From positions 79,143-143,142 of IMG/VR virus record IMGVR_UViG_3300031566_000001: a stretch of 64,000 bases of DNA; one strand, given 5' to 3'. Numbering within the stretch: position 1 is the first letter of the stretch; every line of letters starts with the position of its first letter. The notes under the pieces are model-generated. The model saw only the letters and a program-made list of their open reading frames with translations. It was not told the DNA's origin and did no database searches. Source of the stretch: a virus. The translations under genes were made by a program, and so were the position numbers. Below, in pieces: positions 37,833 to 47,463 of this stretch.

Positions 37833-38591
37833 ATGACCCTTTTCGCTCATACTCACTGTGTAGCGTTTGAGCTGTCTAATACCTGTCCGTATGCCTGGTT
37901 ACACAAGAAGTGCCCTCTACACTTGGAGTTGGCATCGGCCTTTCGACTGAAGGAGACAAAACACCTGCCCGGCAGTGTTGTAAGGGCTGTGCTGGACACT
38001 TTGGGAAAGCACGGGTACAAGAGTACCATCTCCTTTCATCAGTACAATGAGCCGTTAGTTGACCCGCGCCTGTTCGAGTTCATCCGCTACGCCAGGAAGC
38101 AATGCCCGGAGGCCAGGATCATCATTCTGACCAACGGGGTTTTTCTATCGCGGCAACTGGCCCTGGAACTGGAAGAGGCTGGCCTGACGGGCTTGTGGGT
38201 GACGCTTTACGGTGGTCAGGAGGATGAAGGGGCTACATGGGAATGGATGAAACGTGAGATCATACCCATCTTCTCGGAGAGCAATGTCCAGACCTGGGCT
38301 ATGAATGATGGACTGGATGACAGGCTGTGCATTTATGATCGGGAATATCAGACTGACAGGCGCAATTGTTATGCGCCGTTTAGTGCAGTCATTATCACCA
38401 GGGATGCGGAATGGGGATTGTGTTGTATGGATTGGAAGCGCACGGTATCCCTGGGGAGCCTGAGGGAGCATACCCTGGAAGAACTGATGCAGTCCGGTGA
38501 GCCGGAGCGCATCTATGCGGCATTGCAAGGGGGGGATCGGACGGTATTGGACCTGTGCCGCCGCTGCACGTTTACGATAACCCCAAGGTGA
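37833..38591 (+). CDS. Radical SAM protein with Twitch/SPASM-like C-terminus, atypical cluster motif
   Basis: FELSNTCPYAWLHKKCP, YNEPL, LTNG, CYAPF...CCMDW...CRRC. Confidence 0.75.
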   Translation: MTLFAHTHCVAFELSNTCPYAWLHKKCPLHLELASAFRLKETKHLPGSVVRAVLDTLGKHGYKSTISFHQYNEPLVDPRLFEFIRYARKQCPEARIIILTNGVFLSRQLALELEEAGLTGLWVTLYGGQEDEGATWEWMKREIIPIFSESNVQTWAMNDGLDDRLCIYDREYQTDRRNCYAPFSAVIITRDAEWGLCCMDWKRTVSLGSLREHTLEELMQSGEPERIYAALQGGDRTVLDLCRRCTFTITPR

Positions 38592-38594
38592 GAC

Positions 38595-38637
38595 CTTTGC
38601 TGGCAAAAGGTTTGGGTGTGGTATATTTTGTGCAAAA
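38595..38637 (-). promoter_or_regulatory. Double-palindrome site (inverted copy)
   Basis: CTTTGC-TG-GCAAAA-N17-TTTTGTGCAAAA then RBS; TATATT 13 nt after first palindrome. Confidence 0.7.
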
Positions 38638-38648
38638 GGGAGGACACC

Positions 38649-38858
38649 ATGTTTGAGATTTTTCAGGGCGTTATTCTTAAATCGGATTGCCGACTAATCA
38701 TTGTGTTTCGTGATGAGGGGTCTATGCAGGCTGAGTTGATAACCCTCAATACTCATGGTCTGTTGGTCCATGCTGAAGGGGGCACTATGTATGTGCCTTG
38801 GACCTCAGTCAAGACTGTCGAGCTTCTTGATATTCTCGATGATTCTAGTGGGGAATAG
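38649..38858 (+). CDS. Small beta-rich protein (possibly Sm/SH3-like)
   Basis: GGAGG RBS; MYVPWTSVKTVE Sm2-like ending. Confidence 0.45.
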   Translation: MFEIFQGVILKSDCRLIIVFRDEGSMQAELITLNTHGLLVHAEGGTMYVPWTSVKTVELLDILDDSSGE

Positions 38859-40060
38859 TGGAGCCAAGGGGCATTCTCTACTTTGCCATAGGTAGTAGGT
38901 ATCTCATGCAGGCACAGAAGGCCGTGGCTCGCGTGCGGGACGTGTGGCCTGGGATGCCGTGCGCTATCTGGACGGAGCGGGTACCTGGTCCGGTGATGCT
39001 ATCCCGTATGGAGGCCTGGCGGCAATCACCCTTCGAGCGCACCCTGGCCCTGGATGCAGACGTGTGGCTGGCGGAGCCGGTGCCGGAGGTCTTTGACTTA
39101 CTGGACCGCTTCGACCTGGCGGCGGCGTATGCCCCCTGGAGAGAGGGTTATCCTGTGAATGTGCCCGATGCCTTCCCGGAGCACAACTGCGGCGTGGTGG
39201 CCTTTCGTAAAGATGTGATCCTACTGGATTTCATGAACGATTGGGAGCGGAGGTTCCGGGAGCGCTACAGGGACATAGAGGAGATCAAGGGTTTCCACAA
39301 TGATCAACCCGCTTTCCGGGAGGCCCTGTACTACTCAAGGGTGCGTGTCGCTACCCTGCCAGCGGAGTACAACTGGCGGGGTGTGGGTTATGTTTGGGGG
39401 AAAGTGAAGGTGCTGCACGTCAGGCGCCCGCCCCAGATGGTAGAACGGGAGATCAATGAGCGACTTGGACCAAGGGTGTGTATGAACTGGAAGATTCACT
39501 ATGGAGAGGAGTTCCACCCGTCGATGATGCTGGAGGCGATAGACCTGACTGGCAAGGACTACCATCACGAGCTAGAGGACATAGACACGCTGAAACGGCT
39601 GGCGGGGATGCTGCCCAGGGATGCGGTGGTAGTCAACATCGGGGCTGCGTTTGGTACGAGCGCCCTAGCACTCCTGGAGGCCCGTGAGGACCTGTTCGTG
39701 TTCTCTGTGGATGTGAAGCCCTGTGAGAAGGAGAGGGAACACCTGGCGCAGTCGGGCGTGGACCCGGCGCGGTGCGTGCGGGTGCTGGGTCGCTCTCAGG
39801 AGATAGGGTGGCCGCGTGTGGTGGATATGGTTTTTCTGGATGGTTCCCATGCCCGCAAGGACGTGATAGCGGACATCGAGGCATGGCTGCCCCGAATCAA
39901 GCCAGGGGGCATCGTGGCGGCTGATGACTACGAGAAGGGCTGCACACCTGCGGTGAAGCCTGTGGTGGATGAGGTGCTGATGGGCAAGTATGAGATGATC
40001 CTGCACGTGGGGGATATCGTGGCATTCAGGATACAGGGAGGGGACGATGGCAGAGCGTGA
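38858..40060 (+). CDS. Glycosyltransferase (GT8/GT77-like) + Methyltransf_24 fusion
   Basis: TLALDADV, NCGVV, NDQPAFR, LPAEYN; then VNIGAAFG, FLDGSH, ADDY. Confidence 0.85.
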   Translation: MEPRGILYFAIGSRYLMQAQKAVARVRDVWPGMPCAIWTERVPGPVMLSRMEAWRQSPFERTLALDADVWLAEPVPEVFDLLDRFDLAAAYAPWREGYPVNVPDAFPEHNCGVVAFRKDVILLDFMNDWERRFRERYRDIEEIKGFHNDQPAFREALYYSRVRVATLPAEYNWRGVGYVWGKVKVLHVRRPPQMVEREINERLGPRVCMNWKIHYGEEFHPSMMLEAIDLTGKDYHHELEDIDTLKRLAGMLPRDAVVVNIGAAFGTSALALLEAREDLFVFSVDVKPCEKEREHLAQSGVDPARCVRVLGRSQEIGWPRVVDMVFLDGSHARKDVIADIEAWLPRIKPGGIVAADDYEKGCTPAVKPVVDEVLMGKYEMILHVGDIVAFRIQGGDDGRA

Positions 40061-40234
40061 GTGCCTGGAGTGCGGCTGCGTGCGCGGCGAGTACCTGTGC
40101 CGGGTGGCGGAGCATCTCTGGGGCAGGGTAGAGTCGTTCTACCAGCGCAGCCAGAGGATGGGCTTCGATGAGAAGACCTGGAGCGATTATCAAGGGGCGC
40201 TGGCAGACTACAAGGCGCATTTCGGCAGGGAATC

Positions 40235-41041
40235 ATGAATGAGCAAGACCTCAAGGACGCCTTCGCGGCCCTGGAGCCGATGAGTGACGAGGCCCCGCCC
40301 CGGTACACGTGGGAGCGGCACCGGTGGGAGATGCGCCGCCATGTGCGCCGGGATCCCATTGCGGGGTTCTTGAACTGGCCCACGGTGACGGCTACCATGT
40401 TCGCGGGGGAGACCCCGTTTATCCGTTCTGAGCTGGAGGCCCTGCGGGCGCAGCCTGATTGGGCGATCCCTTGGCGGCCTGCCATCGCGGATAGCGGAAT
40501 AGGCAATGCCCCACGGATGTCCGGCGACACTTCCACGAACGCCAATATGATTCATCAGGCTTTTCACCTGATGATGTGGAACAAGGCCACGCTCAAGGAG
40601 CTGCGGGACCTGGAGACCATCACGGAGTTCGGTGGGGGCTATGGGGCCATGTGCCTGATAGCGTCAAGATTGGGGTTCCGGGGCACCTACCGCATGGTGG
40701 ACTTCCCCGAGATGCGGCTTCTGCAGACCTACTACCTGTCACAGCACGAGCTGGGGTGCACGGTGGAGTTTCGGGAGGTCATCGGCCCACCGCGTTCAGA
40801 CCTGTTGGTGGCTTGTTATTCGCTGAGTGAGGTCCCGCTAGAGGATCGCAAGCCGCTTCTCGGGGACGGGCGCGCTGACCATGCGGCCAATAGCTATCTC
40901 TTTGCCATGCAGGATAAGTGGGATGACGTGGACAATCTGGATTGGGTGAGGCAGTTTACTATGTGGGACAGGGACGACTTGCTGTGGTCCATCTTCCCGA
41001 TGGTGAGGCCGGGGCACTGGTACGCGATGGGCAATGCCTAA
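40235..41041 (+). CDS. Putative sugar O-methyltransferase
   Basis: EFGGGYGAM, VDFPEM, ACYSLSEVP. Confidence 0.75.
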   Translation: MNEQDLKDAFAALEPMSDEAPPRYTWERHRWEMRRHVRRDPIAGFLNWPTVTATMFAGETPFIRSELEALRAQPDWAIPWRPAIADSGIGNAPRMSGDTSTNANMIHQAFHLMMWNKATLKELRDLETITEFGGGYGAMCLIASRLGFRGTYRMVDFPEMRLLQTYYLSQHELGCTVEFREVIGPPRSDLLVACYSLSEVPLEDRKPLLGDGRADHAANSYLFAMQDKWDDVDNLDWVRQFTMWDRDDLLWSIFPMVRPGHWYAMGNA

Positions 41042-41105
41042 ATGGATCAACGACCTAAATGCACAGGTCATAGAGTGTGATGAAGGTGGAGGATGAGGAG
41101 GAGAA

Positions 41106-41252
41106 ATGAATGAGATAGTTGCGGTGCTCGTGGTGGTCTTGGTGCTGTTCTTTGTAGGGGTGCCCCTGGCGATGGTGCTCATTTCTCTTGGATGGCGCTG
41201 GCTTGACTTCGTAAATAGCAAGCTACATATCGTCAAGGGTCCGTGGGACTAG
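41106..41252 (+). CDS. 48-aa single-TM protein (not in ORF track)
   Basis: GGAGGAG RBS; MNEIVAVLVVVLVLFFVGVPLAMVLISLGW. Confidence 0.6.
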   Translation: MNEIVAVLVVVLVLFFVGVPLAMVLISLGWRWLDFVNSKLHIVKGPWD

Positions 41253-41318
41253 ATGCCCAAGTGGACTGAGGATCTAAACGCATAGGTCATAGAACGCGAC
41301 GAAGGTGGAGGATGAGGG

Positions 41319-41591
41319 ATGACCGAGAATGATGCTAGGTACTGTCTCAAGCTGCTACGAGATGAGTTGCCAGACGGGATAGACAAGGTTCTTGCCGAAG
41401 ACCCCGACGTGGTAGTGCTGGCTAAGGAGTTGATGGAAGAGCATACCCTCATGGACGAAGAGGGAGTTCTGTGGGTGAACTTAGAGCACGGGCTGCTAGA
41501 GGGCATCTTAGAGGTGCAGTTCGGCATTCGCCTGACGCCCGGTGGCTATGAGTGGGTAGGAGGACAATGCCTAAGTGGATCGACGATCTAA
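41319..41591 (+). CDS. Hypothetical protein, paralog of 62581-62847
   Basis: Shared DPDVVVLAKEL...HTLMDEEG..WVNLE...GILEVQF. Confidence 0.7.
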   Translation: MTENDARYCLKLLRDELPDGIDKVLAEDPDVVVLAKELMEEHTLMDEEGVLWVNLEHGLLEGILEVQFGIRLTPGGYEWVGGQCLSGSTI

Positions 41592-41860
41592 ACCTAGAGG
41601 TCATAGAACGCGATGAGGAACGATGTATCCTCTGTCCTGCGCCAGCGATGTATAAGCCGCACCACATCGTCCCCAGGTCTAGGGGCAAGGGGCGGAGTCC
41701 GAAACTATGGCGCTTAGAGAATATGTGTTGCGTCTGCCCACTACACCATGACAATACCAAGGCACTGCGAATCAGGTTGCTTGAGAGAATGGTTGAGCTT
41801 GGGCATGATATGACTTGGGCCAGAGAATTTGTCGGCGAGATCGCGGGGGTGACATGCTAA
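41567..41860 (+). CDS. HNH endonuclease
   Basis: VIERDEERCILC...HHIVPRS...N...VCPLHH. Confidence 0.85.
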   Translation: MPKWIDDLNLEVIERDEERCILCPAPAMYKPHHIVPRSRGKGRSPKLWRLENMCCVCPLHHDNTKALRIRLLERMVELGHDMTWAREFVGEIAGVTC

Positions 41861-43251
41861 TCTGCGCTGACTCTAGGGCTGCGCTGGCAGAGATAGAAGA
41901 GGGGAGCGTACAGTGCTGCATCACCTCTCCGCCATACTGGAGCCTCCGCAGGTACGGCGATGCAGCGGAGATGGTCTTTGGCGGCGATGCTGGCTGTGAG
42001 CATGAGTGGGGGCAGCACATTGTCAATCGGCGGGGCGCAGGCGGCGAGAGGGAATATGGCAGCTCTGATAGCGGTGTGGGCCGGGGGCCGGCACCCGAGT
42101 TGCCCTCCTCCAATATCTGCTCCCTCTGCGGCTGCTGGCGCGGTCAGTTCGGATTAGAGCCCACCCCCGAGATGTACGTGGAGCACATGCTGGACTTTTT
42201 GCGGGCAATATGGCGGGTGCTGAGGGATGATGGGACGCTGTGGCTGAATCTCGGGGACTCTTATGCGAGTCAGGGGGGGGCTAAGACAGAAGCCTCATAC
42301 GCCTCAGCAGGCACGGGCAATAGTGCCAATCGGACGCTGCGGGTTGATGCCCGGAGACCACCCGGAGGCCTCAAGCCCAAGGACCTCGTGATGATCCCCT
42401 TCCGCGTGGCGTTGGCTGCGCAGGCAGACGGGTGGTGGGTGCGGTCGGTGATCATCTGGTCCAAGCCTAACCCCATGCCAGAGTCAGTGCGGGACAGGCC
42501 GACAACGGCGCATGAATACGTGTTCCTCTTGACGAAGAGCAAGACCTACTTCTACGATGCCGATGCGATAAGGGAGCCATGTACCATGACGCCCCAGGCC
42601 AGGTTGACTCCACGAGACATGAAGAATGGCAAGGATAGCCAGCGGGCCGTTCACCGTAGACCACAATACCAGCTCCGAGATGAGCCAGGGGTAGAGGGCA
42701 ACCCATTAGGCCGCAACAAGCGTACGGTCTGGGAGATAGCCACGGCCCCATATCCCGGCGCCCACTACGCAACATTTCCTCCCAAGCTAGTAGAGCCGAT
42801 GATACTGACCACGCCCACGAAGGTCTGCGCTGAGTGCGGGGCTGGGTGGGAGAGGGTGGTTCAGAAGCCCGACATGAAGGAGCGACCAAAGCGCAACCAG
42901 CAGAAATACGGAGCAGAGCGCATCAATGTTGGCTGGGGTGACTACCCGCAGAGCGCGGGGCAGGAGTGGCAAAAGTGGCGCAACGAGAACCCTGACGTAA
43001 CCCTTGGCTTCCGCCCCACCTGCTCCTGTGATGCTGAGACCAAGCCCGCCGTCATCTTAGACCCCTTCTGTGGTAGGGGCACCGTTCTCAAAGAGGCAAG
43101 AGCGCATGGCCGGGACTGGATAGGCATAGACGTCGATCCTCAATCTATCAAGCTGGCGGAGGAATGGCTGGGGCTAGGGGAGGTTACCTATGAGATTGAC
43201 GAAGAGCATTGGATACAGCCGCAATTAGTCAATGAGGAGTCAGCACAATGA
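41854..43251 (+). CDS. DNA N4-C/N6-A methyltransferase (beta class)
   Basis: TSPPY, LWLNLGDSY, WSKPNPMPESVRDR, HYATFP, LDPFCGRGT. Confidence 0.92.
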   Translation: MLICADSRAALAEIEEGSVQCCITSPPYWSLRRYGDAAEMVFGGDAGCEHEWGQHIVNRRGAGGEREYGSSDSGVGRGPAPELPSSNICSLCGCWRGQFGLEPTPEMYVEHMLDFLRAIWRVLRDDGTLWLNLGDSYASQGGAKTEASYASAGTGNSANRTLRVDARRPPGGLKPKDLVMIPFRVALAAQADGWWVRSVIIWSKPNPMPESVRDRPTTAHEYVFLLTKSKTYFYDADAIREPCTMTPQARLTPRDMKNGKDSQRAVHRRPQYQLRDEPGVEGNPLGRNKRTVWEIATAPYPGAHYATFPPKLVEPMILTTPTKVCAECGAGWERVVQKPDMKERPKRNQQKYGAERINVGWGDYPQSAGQEWQKWRNENPDVTLGFRPTCSCDAETKPAVILDPFCGRGTVLKEARAHGRDWIGIDVDPQSIKLAEEWLGLGEVTYEIDEEHWIQPQLVNEESAQ

Positions 43252-44510
43252 TCTTTTCCAATCGTCACGAGGTGGAGACACACCTGGCTGAGCAGGCCGA
43301 TGGGGGTGTCATCGTCGAAGTGGGCTGCGGCGTAGGCGATGGCCTGGTGGCCCTGCTCAACGGCACGCGGTACGGTAGACTTTTGCCTGTGTATGCTGTC
43401 GATCCTTATACTCCCTACGTGGACAAGCTGGGGGGCACCTACGGGCCGGAGAGCAAGCAGGAGGCCCTGGATAAGGTGGTGGGCACGGGGTTGGGGCGGT
43501 TGGTGGCCTTCGTCGAGGAGGACGGCGTACTGGTGGGCGAAAATTGGGACTTGCCTACGGCCCTGGTGTGGATTGACGTCAGCATGGAGTATGACGGTCT
43601 CAAATGCGTCTGGGACGCCTGGGCGGACAAGGTCATGGAGGACGGACATATCGCTATCGCGGGCCTGGGTTATAGCAGCCTGGGTACAGCGCGGGTGATG
43701 CAGGAGGCCGTTGACTCGGGGGACTTCGTGCGGGTGCTGTCGGAGCAGGACAGGGTGGCGGTACTACGCAGGGTGCCCCGGAATAGGCGGGCCGTGTTCT
43801 ACATCGTGGATGGTGAACCCTATGCTGAGGAGGCGGCTTACAGTGCGTCCAGTGTCAAGGAGCACATGCCCGGCGTGGAGACCTTTCTGTTTGCGGTGGG
43901 TGGCACAGGGGCCAGGGAGAGCATCGACCACGTAGTGCTCTTGCCGCCTCGGGAGAGCGAGCTGTGGTACCTGGACAGCACGCGGTACTTCAACCAGGCG
44001 GTGGCGCACCTCCACGAGTACAACCGTCTTTTGTACCTTGACACGGATACCTGGGTGGCCTGGGACTGTTTGGATATGTGGTGGCTCCTAGAGCAGTTTG
44101 ACGTGTGCCTGGGGCACAGTGCGGGCCGGGAGGCCATGCCTTCAGCGATTGGGACGCCCCCGGCGTTCACTACCCTGTCTATCGGGGTTAGTTTATTCCG
44201 CAACAACGCGGAGGTCCGGGCTACGCTGGCGGACTGGCTGGCGTTCTACGAGAAGTACCAGGGCATCTACGGCGACAATGATGAGAGTCCTTTAAGGGAT
44301 GTGCTGTGGCTGAATCGGCAGGGGCTGAAAATGTATATCCTGCCCCCTGAGTACAACGTCCGAGCTGGGTTTGGGTGCTGGCTCTACGGTCGGGCTAGGA
44401 TAGTTCATGCTCGGCTGCCTCGGTTGAGGCATGTAGCAGAGCAGTTGAATGAGCACACGTCTATGCGTTTGTGGCACGATGGTGAGTTCTTGTGGTGGCA
44501 TCAGAAGTGA
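43248..44510 (+). CDS. Methyltransferase-like + glycosyltransferase fusion
   Basis: VEVGCGVG N-terminal; LYLDTDT, LPPEYN C-terminal. Confidence 0.75.
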   Translation: MIFSNRHEVETHLAEQADGGVIVEVGCGVGDGLVALLNGTRYGRLLPVYAVDPYTPYVDKLGGTYGPESKQEALDKVVGTGLGRLVAFVEEDGVLVGENWDLPTALVWIDVSMEYDGLKCVWDAWADKVMEDGHIAIAGLGYSSLGTARVMQEAVDSGDFVRVLSEQDRVAVLRRVPRNRRAVFYIVDGEPYAEEAAYSASSVKEHMPGVETFLFAVGGTGARESIDHVVLLPPRESELWYLDSTRYFNQAVAHLHEYNRLLYLDTDTWVAWDCLDMWWLLEQFDVCLGHSAGREAMPSAIGTPPAFTTLSIGVSLFRNNAEVRATLADWLAFYEKYQGIYGDNDESPLRDVLWLNRQGLKMYILPPEYNVRAGFGCWLYGRARIVHARLPRLRHVAEQLNEHTSMRLWHDGEFLWWHQK

Positions 44511-44523
44511 AAGGTGGTGAAGG

Positions 44524-44802
44524 ATGGACAGCAACGTCTTAACCCGAGGCATAATTCCCCTGAGGCGCATCAAGCGCCTGCGTAGGTGCATGAACCCCAG
44601 TTGCCGCTTCGTGGTCGGCGCGGGCAAGATGGCCTTGGAGAGCACCAACATCGGTGAGTTCGCGCGGTTGACCTGCCCTAAGTGCGGAGCACTGCATGTG
44701 TTCAACCCCATCTCTACTGTGAGGCCTGATGCTGAGCGGCACATCTTCGTGGTCCGTGACCGGGGTGGTCAGGTAGAGCATATTTTCCCGAGGGTGCAAT
44801 GA
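44524..44802 (+). CDS. Zinc-ribbon protein
   Basis: CMNPSC...CPKCG. Confidence 0.5.
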   Translation: MDSNVLTRGIIPLRRIKRLRRCMNPSCRFVVGAGKMALESTNIGEFARLTCPKCGALHVFNPISTVRPDAERHIFVVRDRGGQVEHIFPRVQ

Positions 44803-45248
44803 GGCGGCGCTACTTTGAGTGGGATTACGTTAGTAACCGCATGACTGAGTGGGCTCGCGTGGGGCACTGCTGCCAGTGCGCCGCGTGTTGTCAGAACAGC
44901 ATCGGCTTCAAGTTTGAGAGCAGCAAGCTCTATGAAGCGAAGAAATCGGGCAGTTACTACACCACTGGCAAGGGCATCTGGCAGGAGGTCCGCGTAGGGG
45001 GCCGGTACAGGCACTTCTTCCAAATGGAGTACGTGGCTGCCAAAGGGAAGGGGTGCGCCAGCCTGGAGCGTGGCTTGTGCGAGGAGTATGAGCACCGTAC
45101 TTGGATTTGCCGGGAGTGGCCCTTCTCGCCGCGCTGCATAGAAGCCACCTCGGAGTGTACTTATGGATTCCGCGAGGTTGATCGTAGGTCTTTTGTGGTC
45201 GTCGTCCCTGAGAAGGACGAGGGCGATTTCGTACATGTGCCATTGTAG
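44799..45248 (+). CDS. YkgJ-like Cys-cluster (CxxCxxCC) protein
   Basis: CCQCAACC...C...CEEYEHRTWICREWP. Confidence 0.75.
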   Translation: MRRRYFEWDYVSNRMTEWARVGHCCQCAACCQNSIGFKFESSKLYEAKKSGSYYTTGKGIWQEVRVGGRYRHFFQMEYVAAKGKGCASLERGLCEEYEHRTWICREWPFSPRCIEATSECTYGFREVDRRSFVVVVPEKDEGDFVHVPL

Positions 45249-45257
45249 GAGGGTGTT

Positions 45258-45917
45258 ATGGTCACTAAGGCCATCATGCTCATCCACGTCTTCCGGACCG
45301 GTGGTTACATGGTGCAGGGGGTCCTACGGAAGGTCCCTGGCCTGGTGATGGTCTCGGATAGGCCCACGGAGCACCTGACCTATGATCAGATGGCTGTGGT
45401 GTGCGCGAGAGAACGCATGGGGAACCCGCCCGCTATGGTTTTTATCCGCAACCCTTTTGACTGGTATGTCTCTATGTGGTGCTGGGTCAACATGGCGCCG
45501 AACATGCCTCCAGTCTCGGAGTTCCGCGAATACCTGGAGGTCATCCGGGTGCGGCGCTATGGCACCACGGGGACGGGCCGCAACTATAGCAGGCTCTCCG
45601 AGCACTGGGCTGACATGGGGGCAGGCAAGGCGCAGTGGGAGGGGCGCTTTGAGACTCTACGGGAGGACTTCATGGACATCATGCTCAAGGTCATGCCCAG
45701 CCTGGTGAACGAGAAGATGTTAGGGGACCTCATGGCCAAGGAACCCATCTATCACCCCAGCAGGCATCCTCAGACAGGTAGGCATCCTGGGGACTATCGG
45801 CAATACTACACCCCGGAGACAAGGGCATTGGTCGAGGAGTGGGACAGTGAGCTTCTAGAGCGGTTCGGTTACACTTTTGAGGAGAAGGTAGATGATATAC
45901 CCAATCCCGGTGCCTGA
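45258..45917 (+). CDS. Sulfotransferase family 2-like
   Basis: IHVFRTGG, FIRNPFDWYVS, GRFETL, YRQYY...FGYTF. Confidence 0.8.
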   Translation: MVTKAIMLIHVFRTGGYMVQGVLRKVPGLVMVSDRPTEHLTYDQMAVVCARERMGNPPAMVFIRNPFDWYVSMWCWVNMAPNMPPVSEFREYLEVIRVRRYGTTGTGRNYSRLSEHWADMGAGKAQWEGRFETLREDFMDIMLKVMPSLVNEKMLGDLMAKEPIYHPSRHPQTGRHPGDYRQYYTPETRALVEEWDSELLERFGYTFEEKVDDIPNPGA

Positions 45918-46785
45918 TGAGTTCCGCCCGGCCAGCCAGGGTTACACTATGCCGCCGCACTGCCCGCCGGAGGGGTACGGCGTGGAGCAGGACTTTGACG
46001 CTTGGTTACGGACGCAAGGGGAGCTTTTGACTGATTCCGCGGAGGCCGACTGGCTGTACCTCCCGGTGTTCTGGAACCGGCTCTTTATTGCCACCTGGAA
46101 GTGGGCGCAGGATGAGGCCGCCATAGCCCGCTGCGCCGATTGGCTGGCGGCTCTCAGGGATAGTTTGGGCGGCTTTGAGAGGGTGTTCACCGTCTGTGAA
46201 TGGGACCTGACCACGGAGCGGCAGGAGCTGGGCACGGACGGGCTGACTGTGTTCACGGCGGGGCGTCGGGATCGCGCAGGCCTTGATATACCGTTGCTCT
46301 GTGCCCCACATGGCGTCCCGCCGGTTTCATACGGCAAGCAATACCTGGCGTCATTTGTGGGCAACATTGGGACGTCAGGCTGGCGTCAGGGTATGTTGGA
46401 GGCCCTGGAGGGCTACGGCGGGGTCCTCATCGAGCACGCACAGAAGGGGCCAGCCTATTTCTGTGATGTGATGACCAAGAGCTACGTGGCCCTGGCCCCC
46501 AGGGGTCACCGGGGGCAGAGCTTCCGGTTCTACGAGGCCATGGACATGGGTGTGGCCCCGGTCCTGATCGGTGATATGGATACCCGGCCCTTTAAGAATT
46601 GGGTCAATTGGGACTCATGCTCTTACTACGTTCCTGACGCCTCGGAACTTCCCGGCTTTATTGACAACCTGGACCTGGAGGACGCGTTACGCAAGGGCGC
46701 GGAGGCGGCACGGGTATACCATGAGTGTCTGCGGTTCGGGCGGTGGTGCATGTTTGTGGTGCCTGAGCTGCTGAGCGTGCCGTAA
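45892..46785 (+). CDS. Exostosin-like glycosyltransferase (GT47)
   Basis: YLASFVG, LAPRG...SFRFYEAM..G..PV. Confidence 0.85.
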   Translation: MIYPIPVPDEFRPASQGYTMPPHCPPEGYGVEQDFDAWLRTQGELLTDSAEADWLYLPVFWNRLFIATWKWAQDEAAIARCADWLAALRDSLGGFERVFTVCEWDLTTERQELGTDGLTVFTAGRRDRAGLDIPLLCAPHGVPPVSYGKQYLASFVGNIGTSGWRQGMLEALEGYGGVLIEHAQKGPAYFCDVMTKSYVALAPRGHRGQSFRFYEAMDMGVAPVLIGDMDTRPFKNWVNWDSCSYYVPDASELPGFIDNLDLEDALRKGAEAARVYHECLRFGRWCMFVVPELLSVP

Positions 46786-47059
46786 CTCCTGCCACCTTGC
46801 CAGGGGTGGCGCGTTTCCTCCTTTTGGGGGCGGGTGGGGCCGGGCCTGCCCGCCCCCTCCTATAAGGATTTCGGCCCGGTTTTCCCTCTTGGTTGGTATG
46901 TAAATGGCGCTTTTCCTGTTTATCCGCGACCCTGCCCCCAAACGTCACCAGAGACACCCAGGTCACCCAGGGCGGTGTTGGGGTGTGAATAGGTGGCTTG
47001 ATATCCCCAAATGCTTAGAGCGGCTTGTGGTGAATCATGTTAGAATACTAAACTGGTAC

Positions 47060-47088
47060 TTGACAAAATATAAACGATGTGTTATAAT
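47060..47088 (+). promoter_or_regulatory. Consensus sigma70 promoter with extended -10 (early region)
   Basis: TTGACA-N17-TATAAT, TGn before -10, AT-rich context. Confidence 0.9.
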
Positions 47089-47145
47089 ATAGGTAAGATG
47101 AGGAACCAGAGAGCAGAGTAACAGGATACCACAGAGGAGGAGACG

Positions 47146-47379
47146 ATGGCAGAGAGAACGGATTACCCAAGGAACCTAGCTGAGATTGCAATACAGGGCG
47201 CTATTGCCCAGCTTGGTCAGGCAGATAGCCTCTTGCAGAGGTATCAGGCTGAGTACGACCTTCTTCACCACGAATTGGGTGATGATGGCGGCACGGAAGC
47301 CGCGCCAGCGCGCCATGCGGTGGAACAGGCCCTCAATCGTCTGGAATATGCCTTGCAGGAGACTAAGCAACTCTCATAG
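47146..47379 (+). CDS. Early hypothetical protein
   Basis: GAGGAG RBS after promoter. Confidence 0.65.
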   Translation: MAERTDYPRNLAEIAIQGAIAQLGQADSLLQRYQAEYDLLHHELGDDGGTEAAPARHAVEQALNRLEYALQETKQLS

Positions 47380-47463
47380 CCGAAACTGGGGTGGAGGCCC
47401 CGGTCACCCGCGATGCCGCCGTGCGGGTCCGATGAGGCGATGGGCGGCGAGAGGAGGCAACAC

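Larger units (their letters stand above)
41034..41616 (+). repeat. Three imperfect ~50-63 bp direct repeats of the HNH gene 5' end
   Basis: 41034-41096, 41253-41315 and 41567-41616: ATGCCYAARTGGA...GGTCATAGA. Confidence 0.85.
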
